DNA of 64,000 nt from Cyanophora paradoxa CCMP329 (taxonomy: Eukaryota; Plantae; Glaucophyta), in contig QPMI01000502.1 in assembly GCA_004431415.1 (NCBI GenBank), positions 186,001 to 250,000 on the forward strand, given 5' to 3'. Below, in pieces: positions 1-10,400 of the stretch. The notes below the pieces were generated by a model. It was not told the DNA's origin, did not search any database, and saw only the letters and a program-made list of their open reading frames with translations. A program made the translations under genes and the position numbers. The number at the start of each line of letters is the position of its first letter. The first letter of the stretch is position 1.

Positions 1-2651
1 GCAGCCTAAGACAGTCCGTCAGCTGCGAGGTTTTCTGGGTTTCGCGTCTTATTACAGGAAATTTATTGAAGGATTTTCTGTTCTAGCAGCCCCTCTCACG
101 TCCTTATTACGGGCACGGATACCGTGGATGTGGAAGGAGGCGCAGCAAGAAGCTTTCGAAAAGCTAAAGAAAGACTGACATCTGCACCGGTGCTGCAATA
201 TCCGGACTTCGGTCGACCCTTCATTGTACAGACTGACGCTTGCGTGGACGGCTTCAGCGCAATTCTTAAACAAAAAGACGGTCAAGGTCGTGAATATATT
301 GTGGGTTGTGCCAGCAGGACGACCACTGACTCGGAGCGCAACTACTGGCCGACGGACCTCGAGGGTGCAGCAGCAGTCTGGGCAATTACGGAACAGTTCC
401 GACCGTACTTGGAACTCGGACCTTTCACCCTGCGTACGGACCATGAGGCGCTGCTGGCAATTTTCAAGCCAAATTATCCCTTAAGCGGGATGGCAGCAAA
501 TCGCGCGACAAAATGGGCAGTAAAATTGCAGAGATTTATGCCATTCACGATCGAGCACGTGAAGGGTAAAATCAACGGTGATGCGGACGTGATCTCGCGT
601 TTATATGACTATTATGGTAAAGTGAGACCCGGAGGGATGTGACTACCTCGGAGGTGTCAACGCAGACGGACAGTGACTCAAGCCCCAGCCTGGGCGTGAA
701 TGCGGTCTCTGCGTCGAAAAATGAGGAAAACGAGCTTGAGGATAACGTGGGCACAGAGAGCCCGGCTACACTAGCCGCGTCGCTCACGAACCTGCTCGCA
801 CCGGCTCAAGCGGGCAGCGGGCCCCCGTCCCTATTCGAGCTAGCAAAGCTGAACCTGACGGCAACACTTGCTAGTCAGGGTGATCGATTGGCGATCACGG
901 AATTTCTAAAAAGAAGAGAGGTAGCGCACCGGCTTAAGAACAAGCCAGTGGTGCAGCCGCCGCGAATTGTGCATTTCACACTAGCACCAGCAGACAACCC
1001 CAGAGCAGAGCAGCTCATGGGTACTCGCAGCTGGAAGCAGCACATCGATAAACTTCCTTTGAGTCAGGCGGCAGTGCTCAGTCTGCATATTATGCCAGGG
1101 CAAGACAGGCGAGGCCGGCAGGGACCTTGCCTCGGATTCCGGAAAACGCTGCAGAAAGTGAAAGATGCCTCAAATATAGCAGGCGCAGCGATTCCGGGCT
1201 GGATGGTTCGCATCGTACGCGCAGCAGTCGATATCTGCCCGCTGTGCAGGAGTCGGCGCCAGCGCAAACGTCGAGTGCAGCAGCGGGGGAGTTACCTGCC
1301 GTAGCGACGACCAGCAGTCGTCGGCCACAGCGGATCTCGCGTACGTGACGCACAGCGCGACGATCCGACCTGGCGGGCATTAATTGATTTTATGGAAGGT
1401 GGTGAAGCAGCACAAAAGCTTACAGTCAAGGAACGCGAGGCGTTAGCTGTACAGTCACAGGATTATAAGTTAGGTCCTGGCGGTCTGCTGCTTCATCTAT
1501 CGTATCCTCACGGAGAGACACGTGAGCGCATCGTGATCCCAGTTTCCTGCGAAAGGAAATTATTAAAGAAGCGCATAGCGGCTTTGGATCGGGACACGGC
1601 GGTTATCATGCGACGAATAATCGACTTCAGCGGAATTTTATTGGCCCCGGATGCGGGACTCGGTTCGCAAATATGTATCTCTGTGCGAGCACTGCCGCAC
1701 CCAGAAATTCGATAGGCCGACTAGCAAAGAGCCTACGCCGCGATATTCGTCTCGGCCTATGCAGCGATGGCAGATGGACGAAGTCAATTTCGCTGGCAAG
1801 GGGGGAAAGGCGTTGATCACCTTCGAAGACACGTTCAGTAAATGGATGTGTGCGTCGGCGCATGAAAGCGTAAATGCGCAGACCATTATTCAAGCAATCC
1901 TGGCGGTGATCTACGAGCACGGCTTAATGATCGAACTTGAATGCGATCAAGGGTCAGCTTTCACGTCGAAAGAAGTGCGCAAGTTTCTCACCTCGATGGG
2001 GATTAAATTGGTAATCATGCCAGCATATACGCCGCAAGCGAAAGGTGTGCTGGAACGCGGTCATCAGACGCTAGAAGCTAAAATCCGTAGCTTAGCTAGT
2101 GATCGTAAGACGCACTGGACACGTGTGGTCGGCGAGGCACTGCTAGCTATGCGCACGACGGTTTCTCAAGCTACGGGATTCACGCCGTTCCGGCTCATGC
2201 GCGGATATGATCCTTATCTCCGATCGATTTACATTACGCGTCACTGCCTACGCTCGCAGAGGGCGCGCCGCGGCTCACGGCAGTCGAGGCGCAGACAGCA
2301 GCGTTTGGACCCGCAAAGACTACGGTGGCGGCCGACGCAGTGGACGAAGATGCGGTCTGGATCCGCGATTCCGCCTGTACGAACGGCTGGCGCTTAGTAG
2401 CCAACAAGCACAGCAGCGCGGGACGTATGCGTACACATATGCGATGCCGCTGGCGTTCCGACGCAACTGCAGCAGCGGCGGCTATGATATATATAGCTGG
2501 TATATCTAAGCAGCTCACTTTTACGAGCCCTGGCCCCGCGCTTCTGAAACCGTCTACAACGTCGAATTTTCATCGACCTGGTCAGTTGATCGAGGTCCAT
2601 GTCTCGCGGTTGCGACCCTTTCCGATCGAGAACCTCTTGTCTTTGCCGTAA
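1..2651 (+). mobile_element. Ty3/Gypsy LTR-retrotransposon pol remnant (RT C-terminus, RNase H, integrase), frameshifted and cut by the window edge
   Basis: RNase H of Gypsy type (LTSAPVLQYPDFGRPFIVQTDAC, LEGAAAVWA, FTLRTDHEAL, INGDADVISR; 124-642). HHCC zinc domain read across frameshifts (AHSG...GHGG...YWPRMRDSVRKYVSLCEHC). rve core (WQMDEV, CDQGSAF, PQAKGVLERGH; 1651-2230). C-terminal VHVSRLRPF. Domain order RT-RH-INT is Gypsy-like. LTRs could not be delimited. Confidence 0.9.
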
Positions 2652-3602
2652 GGCGTACCCGGTTTGCTTTTTAAAGCGTCGAGGTCGACGCTTGGTGGAG
2701 GCCGGCATGTTAAGGCCGTGTGGCCGTACCCGGTTTGCTTTTTCGACCGAATATAATATTCAGTTAACTAGCCGCACTCGAGTATACGTAGTAATCCAGG
2801 CTCGAAGCCCGGAAAGGTCCGGCGTTGCAGCACTACTATTCTCTACGGTAGTCCAGCCTAAGGGCTCGAATCGAACCAGCCTAAGGGCTCGGACCGATCA
2901 GGCCAGGAGCAACTTGGCAAGCTCCGAACAACGGACGTGCACGAACTACGGCGTGGCATGGGCACGCAAGAAAAGCCATATGGATAACTATTTATCTAAC
3001 TAGCTCACGACGGCTAGGGCAATTAACATTACGAGCCAACTTGGCGAGCCGGCTTCCGTCGGCACTAGTACTCGGCCGTCGAAGGACTGGCGACTATTGG
3101 ACGAGGATCCTCCGATTTCCGGAATTTCCGGAAATCGGGCGATTCTCGGAGGGATCGAAACGGAAGACGGTGGTACCCGTCCCTTATTATAAGCCGACTC
3201 GATAACTCGCAGTAATTTCGCAGAAAGGAGCAGTCCGCGAAGCCCGCCTGGTTGCTGCCGCATCGCAGCAAGCTAGGCGCCGACGCCCCGCCCACCTGAC
3301 TCTCTTCACCTTCGTACGGTGCTCTGAGTCTGATTCCTACGACATGCTTTCCCCTGATTCTTGTGAACCGGCCGCTGATCAAAACCCGCGTTTTAGGCTC
3401 ACAATGTCGGACTCTCACGGTTGTAATAATACTACGCCGGTTCTGCCCGAGGGCGCCGCTGCTGTTGTTCAGCAGGGGGCCGGTTACAACGGGGTCCAGG
3501 CTACTCTGACCACCACGGAGCCCGTCCGTGTGCGTAGTCCCCCTACTGCCCGTCTAGAGATCCGTGGGATAGTCAGAAGCCTTGATCCGAAGGGGTTCTA
3601 GT

Positions 3603-6600
3603 CACCTTTTCAAGGCATTCCGTATGACGGTGAGGATCTTGTACAAATCGTCCGTGTCTGTTTGTCTGAACACCTTCGTGAGGATGACTGCTTTTTTCAC
3701 AGCCTGACGCCACAGGTGAAGTCCAAGCTGTAACAAATCTGTAAGTAGCAGCTGTAAAGGTCAAGGTATTGTTTGCAAACACGCACTTGTGCTTCAACCT
3801 GTGCCTCAGTGCTCCCAGAAGGGATTGCTTCTGGCTCTTGGTACAGGGGTTTGTCCATCACTGGCTGGAGCTGCTTGAAATCTCCGAAGAAAACGACGTG
3901 GATGCCACCAAACATCAGGTCGGGTTTACAACGGGCCTTGCGAAGGCGCTGGTCCAAGCAGTACAACATCCTCGCACCCACCATGCTGATCTCATCAATG
4001 ATGAGTACCTTGACATCACCTATCTCACGCTCGAGGTCTGATGTGAGCTGATTGCTCATCTGTGCAGAAGGGGAGCCGATGGACAGATGCAGAAAGCGGT
4101 GAATTGTGATGCCGTGGATGAGGAAAGATGCGTTGCCAGTGGGCGCACAGACAGCAACTGGACCGTGGTGGGAGGACTTGTCGAACGGAACGGCTTGGCG
4201 GATCGCCTTCACAAGTGCGTTGACTATGACTGTCTTCCCAACTCCAGCCGCGCCTGTAGCCAGCAGAATGAGCTGCTCTTTTCCATTCTGTTCCAGCACG
4301 GCGTTCAGCACAAGATCGTAAATGATCCGCTGGCCATCCTTGTCAAGATTTGCTCCTGGGTCGTTTGCAAGACGAGGATCCCGCATCCTGAAGCGTGAGA
4401 AGCATTAATATTAATCATCCTTATTTGACATTCAGACTGAAAACAGCCATTTGTTACCTTTTGTCGTTTGGGTCGTGCATGCTGGCGTCGTTCTCCAGGT
4501 CTGCCCGTATCCGCTGCTGCAAACTCTCCGTTTGATTAGCAATGAACTTGCTAGCATCTTGATATTCACAAGCTGAAACTCGAGTAGGCTTGCACTCTCG
4601 GTGAACAGTATCCTCCTCATCAGATGAATCATCGGATGAGGCGGTTGCAGCTGGTCCGTCAAACAGGGCTGTGATGTCACCCACGTCTTCATCATCATCC
4701 TCTCGCGGTTCACCAGCATCGTGAGCTGCTTGCGCCTTGGCCGAACGGCGTTCTTCAGCCTGCTCATGCCACATGTCTTCCAGCCGCCTCATGTGAGAGA
4801 TCTGGATCCGGACAGCCTCTGGCAATTGCTGATCTCCAGCGTCAGGGCTCAAGAGGAAAGCAAGCTCTTGAACAGCAGTCTTGCCCTCGGGAATGAGCTT
4901 GTCCAGATGGCGGAACGGTTTGTGCTGAAACAGAAGACAGTACGCCGAATCCTCATCATCGGGGTCAACAGGAAGGTACGGTCGAATCATAACCACTGCC
5001 TCTCGAGTTCTTGCCCTGATGATGTGGCCAGTCCTGTTCTCAATGCAACTTGCCCTGTGCGAAGGTAAATGATTTCAATCTCCATGTGAGATTGAAGCAC
5101 AGCTCACGTCTTCTTCCCGTAGTGACGCTCGAAGTTCGCAGCGTAATCATGGATGGCCATTGAGTCCCAATCGTACTCTGCATATCGAGGTCAGTAGCTG
5201 GATGTAATGTGGATTGGATTCGAGAAAGCTGCACCACGGTCGTTGATTTCACAAACTCCAGAAGGTCTGTTCATGTACTCCGACACTCGCGCTCCTGGGT
5301 TGATTTCTGTGGCTGGCACGTCTCCATCCTCATCTGGATGCAGCCGTGGCACTTCGTCGGGCAAGAACACGGTACCCCTCCCTGGCATGGGTATGCTGAG
5401 CTGAACTGTTGTTCTTGACTTCTCGTAGAGGTCAAGCTTCAGCAGCAACGCAGCAGCCATCTGGGCTGGTACAGCACGGACTCCGATCAGGGTGTTTCCA
5501 ACTGATTGAATGATGCGTCTCTGGCAGGAATTGTTGTTGAACCCGTTGGTGACTGCGGACTTGATGTGCTCCAAGAGGACGCGAAAGTCTGGTTCGCACT
5601 TGGAAGAGTACGCGGCCACGTACTGTGCCGCTCCATAGGCGTTGACAACAACCCTGAGATTCGTGTTTGCCCTCCAGATTACGACAATTAGAGGCGAGTG
5701 TTCGACAACGTTTGGGTCGTCCCGCTGAAGCTTGATGTGGACTCGCACTTCAGCTCGGCCTTCCTCTTCATCGTAGATGACCTCCGTCTTCTCCACACAC
5801 TCCTTTGGAAACTCGAAACGACAATCAGTCGGATCTGCGAAGAGAGTGAGTGCTTTGCATTTGGGTTGGTTTTGTTCTTGGCTCACGCTTCTTGAAGCAT
5901 GTTGAACTATGGGTGTGGTGTGGACGAGAGGCCGCGATCTGCAACCGGGCGCCCGGTCAGAAGGGTGGCCGCGCGCCGCCCGACCCGGCGGCCGCTGCCG
6001 TGCGACCTCACCGTCCGGTAGAGAAGAAGGAGAGACGCTAGAAGCGACCGAAGACGAGAGGCCGCGATCTGCAACCGGGCGCCCGGTCAGAAAGGTGGCC
6101 GCGCGCCGCCCGACCCGGCGGCCGCTGCCGTGCGAGCTCACCGTCCGGTTGAGAAGAAGGAGAGACGCTAGAAGTGACCGAAGACGACAGGCCGTGATCT
6201 GCAACCGGGCGCCCGGTCAGAGAGGTGGCGGCGCGGCGCAGGCTAGCTATGGGGCCGCTGGCTCGCGAGCTCTGCAGCCGCCGGCTCGAGGGCTCACCTT
6301 GCGGCTGAGAAGAAGAAGATGCGCAAGAGGAGCTGCTCGACGACAAGGCCACATCTGGGGCCGAGAGGTCATGCCAGGCGGGCGTCTATACACACCCAGC
6401 TCGGGATTGCCGGGCGGTATGCGAGCTCACCTTTCATCTCGCAAGAGAGCGGCATGTTTGAAGACATCGCAATCGCCGAGCTCGGATCTGCGGGCGGCAG
6501 GCGCGGGGCAGTCAGAACCATCGGCGCACACTCGGCCAAGCGGCGCGCACCGGAACGCGGCGTCGCGAGCGACTTCCTCCTGCACTCTCGCACGTGCTCG

Positions 6601-7200
6601 TACAAGTGCTTAGGCTGCTTGACGTGCTTCCCGCACTGGACACATTTGCCGCCGGGAGCGCAGCCCCGAGGTTCGCTGCAAGGCATCGAGCATATCTCAA
6701 CGTCGCTTTCAGAAATGTCCAGCGGCAGCTCGGCGCCACGCCGTCGTCCACCTCGCCGAGCCATAGACGAGAACATGGTTTTGCGTACCCAGCAATCGGC
6801 CGAAACTCCAAGGACCAGTTTTTTTCGGCATCCGGTACAACAGGTACTTGAGGCGGCCTAGCGGGCCACCCTGTGCCCCTCCGGTCTCGGCATGTATGAC
6901 ATGAATCGTCGGGCGCATCAAGCGCGTGCAGGCGCACTTGGTCCGGCAGATATACCGCTATATGGTGAGGCGCTAGATCGCAATTTCCAAAAATGTGTTA
7001 TTGCCCATTCCTGGTCGACCCGACGGGACCCGGATCTCCCGGAACACGTCTCCGGACTCCTAGGGATATGCCTTGTTAGGATCCGGCGAGAAAACCCGGG
7101 TTTTGGGAGGTCGGGACATTTCATTTTGGCCTGGGGTACCGGTGGGCACCCGAACACCCCCAAGTGGGGGAAGGGGAAGGAGGTCCTTCCCCAATTAATT
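3603..7200 (-). mobile_element. Helitron-like rolling-circle element, internally deleted and 3'-truncated (Rep motif 3 plus PIF1 helicase N-half)
   Basis: PIF1 motifs TGAAGVGKT, APTGNAS, TIHRFL, IIDEISMV, FGDFKQLQPV and LTKVFRQTD (3603-4386). Rep region CRFEFPK...WRANTNLR...AAQYVAAYSSK (Y-x3-Y-x2-K; 5200-5830). Zn-finger-like CVQC-x12-H-x3-C in ORF 6369-6776. Hairpin GGGGAAGG-aggt-CCTTCCCC at about 7172-7191. The HUH motif and helicase motifs V-VI are absent. Confidence 0.8.
5923..6235. repeat. 130-bp tandem repeat, about 2.4 copies
   Basis: gccgcgatctgcaaccgggcgcccggtcaga recurs at 5931, 6061 and 6191 (one mismatch in the third copy). Confidence 0.92.
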
Positions 7201-7422
7201 GCAAGCGTTAAGATCTAGATTGAATGGAGAATTCAAAGAGAACCTCGGAGAGAGGGATCTAGAAATACACGTACGCGTGCAAACTTGAAAGTGAAAAATT
7301 AATCAGACAATTGCAAATGAGGTAAATCCTAGTCTGTCAACTGTTTACTACTAAGTTACGGAAAGCACTGTTGAAGAATCTGCGATTCGAAAGCACTGTA
7401 ACTGCAACTGCTTGCCGGTATG

Positions 7423-10400
7423 CTAGTACCGGGGCCCCATAAAAATAGGCTTCCTCAGGCGGGGCCTAGGCCTGTGGGGGGCGCGGGGGCGCCGCGTCGC
7501 CGTCGCCGCCGTCGCCGTCGCCGGCCTCGGCGGGGGCGCACATGCCGCTGAGCTCGAGGCCGGAGATGGCGTGGGCCATGTGGGGGCCGGTGGGCGAGGC
7601 CCGGCGGGCGCGCAGGAGGGCGCGGGGAGGGCGTGGCGGGCGACGGCCCCCGCCAGGTCCTTCTTCAGCACCGGCTTCGTCAGGTCTGCGGGGGCGCGCG
7701 GGGCTGAGGAGGCGCGGGGGCGCGGGTGGCGTGGGAGGGGGCCGGGGGCGGACACTCGTCGAAGCCGGCGGCGAGGGCGTCCTCGCGGCACTCGGCCGTC
7801 GCGTGCGCCGTGAGCGCCACGATCGGCACCGCCGCCCGCCCCGAGGCCGCCTCCCAGCACCGCACCTGCCGCCCCGCCGTGCGTTCAGGGGCCGGCGGGG
7901 CGGGCGGGGCGGGGCGGGCGGGCCTCGCGGGTGGCCTGGAGGCCGTCCTTGCGCGGCATCATGCAGTCCATGAGCACGAGGTCGTACCCCCGCCCCGCCT
8001 CCGCCTGCCCCCCCGCCCCGTGCCTCGGGAGCCGCTCTGCGCGGGGTGGGACCAGCGGGGCCGGGCGGGGGGGCGCACGGCCTCTGCGACCATGTCGACG
8101 GCCTGCTCGCCGTCGTAGGCGTTGCTCACCGCGCACCCCAGCGTCTGCAGCATCTTCGTCGCCACCTGCCGCCCCCGCGTGAGGCCCCCCCGGGGGGCTC
8201 GGGCCCGGGCTCGGCGGGGGGCTCGGCGCGGGGGCGGGCCTGCGCGTTGAAGGCGTTGTCCTCGACGAGGAGGACGCGGGGCTTGGCCTCGGGGCGACCC
8301 GCGGCCGGGGCGCCTCGCTCGGCGACGGCAGCTCGCCCGGGCAGCTCGCCCGCCGCGCCCGCTCCCGCGGCCCCGCCGCGCGCGCCCCCGCCGCGAAGAC
8401 CTCCACCCGGGCCGCGCCTGCGCCGCGCGGGGCGGCACGGAGGAGGCGGCGGCGGAGTGGAAGGCGGCGGCGCGGCGGATGGCGGCGCCGGAGAAGGCGG
8501 CGGCCGAGGGGAGGCGCGGCGGGGGCCGGGGCGCGCCCCGGCCCGAGGTCGACCTGCACCGAGGGCCGCTCCAGCACGGCGATCGGGAACTCGAAGAAGA
8601 CTGCCGCCGGCGGCGGTCAGGCCGGCCGCGCGCGCCAACGGCGACTCGAGCGGGGGCCGGGCGGGGCGGGGCGGGACGCACAGGTGCTGCCCTTGCCGAA
8701 CTCGCTCTCCGCGCCGATGGTGCCCCCGAGCAGTTCCACGATCTTCTTGGAAATGGCCAGACCTACATGACTTGAGCGCGCAGCCATCGGAAGTACGGGG
8801 CGCGCTCACCCAGACCGGTGCCCCCGGGGTCCGCCTCACCCTGCCCCACCACCCGCGAGAAGATCTGCGCGGGGCGCCCTCAGAGGCGGCCCGGAGGGGG
8901 CGCCGGGGAGGGCGGGTCCCGGGGGCGGGGGCGGGGGCGGGCCTGGAAGAGGCGCGGGAGGTCCTCGGGGCGGATGCCGCGGCCCTCGTCGGAGACGGCG
9001 ATGCGGAGGCGCTGGCGCGCGGGGCCCGGGCCCCCGCCCCCGGGCTCCCGCCCCAGCACCCGCCCCTCCACCCGCACCGTCCCCTTGTCCGAGTACTTGA
9101 TCGCGTTCTGCGGGGGCGGTGGAGGGGGCGGGCGCGGGATGCGCGGGGCGGGGCGGGGCGGACGGTGAGGGTGTTGAGGAGGACCTGGCGGAGGCGGTCG
9201 CAGTCGCCCACCGCCGCCACCGGGAAGTCCTCGCTCAGCCGCACCTGCGCCCCGCCCCCCGGCCCAAGGTCAGGAGCCGGCGGGGCGGAGCTCGGGCGGG
9301 GCGGGGCGGGGCGGGCCTCGAGGGCGACGCCCTTGTCGGCAGCCTTGGGGGCGAGCATGGCGGCGGCGCCCGAGATCATGCCCCGCAGGTCGAACTCGGC
9401 CTCCTTGAGCGCCAGCTTCCCCGCCTCGATCAGCGTCCAGTCCAGCACCGACGTGATCATCGACTGCGCGCCCCGGGGGCCCCCTCAGCCCCCCGCCCCG
9501 CGCGCCGGGGCCGGGGCGGGGCGGCGGGGCGGCGGGGCGGGCCTGGAGGATGGCGCCGGACTGCATGGCCTTCTGCACGTACTCCTCCCCCTCCAGGGGC
9601 AGCCGCAGGTCCCCCAGCAGCTGCGCCCCGCGCCCCCGCCGTGAGCCGCCCCGGCGCCCCCCGCCCCGCAGCGACTCGCTCCGGCGCGCCTGGAGCATGC
9701 CGAGGCAGCCGTTCAGCGGGGTGCGGATCTCGTGCGAGAGCGTCGCCAGGAAGAGCGACTGCCGGGGGGGTTGACGACGGGTCAGAGCGCTGCGCGCCGG
9801 CGGGGCGGGCGGGGGCGGGGCGGGGCGGGCGGGCCTTGGCGGTGGAGGCCTCGAGGGCGCGGCGCTCGAGGTCGCGGGCGGCGCGCACGAGCTCCCTCTC
9901 CCGCGTCACGTCCTGGCACACCACCAGCGCCCCGCCCCCGCCCCGGGCGCCGAGGCGCCGGCCGCCGCCCGCCGGCGAGGGCGGCGCGCGGGCCGCGCCA
10001 GGGGGCGACGGTGAGGACGAGCTCGAGCCGCCGCGCGTGCGTGCGCGAGGGGGCCTCCACCTGCGCGGCGCCCTCGGCGGGCCCCCAGAGAGGCCCCGGC
10101 GCGGGGGCGCGGGCCCGGGGCGGACCTCGACGCCGACGGTGGTGAAGCCGCGGTGGGCCTTCTCGAGCACCTCCAGCAGCATCTGCGCCCCCCGCCGCCG
10201 CTCCTCGCACGCAGCCGCCGGGCGGCGCCGCGGGGCGGGCGGGCACCTGCGCGGCCTCGTCGCGCAGCTGGAGGAGCTCGAGGCAGGGCCGCCCGATCGC
10301 CTCCCCCGCGCTGTACCCCAGCACGTCCGTCATCTGCGCGGGGCCCCGAGCCTCAGACCAGGATCCGGTGTGGCCACTCGAGGTCTCGGGTGGGGGCGGG

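Noticed and set aside
3344-3601. Short ORF as a gag start of a following retroelement
   Set aside because: No gag motif or PBS is recognisable, and the ORF ends at the Helitron junction.
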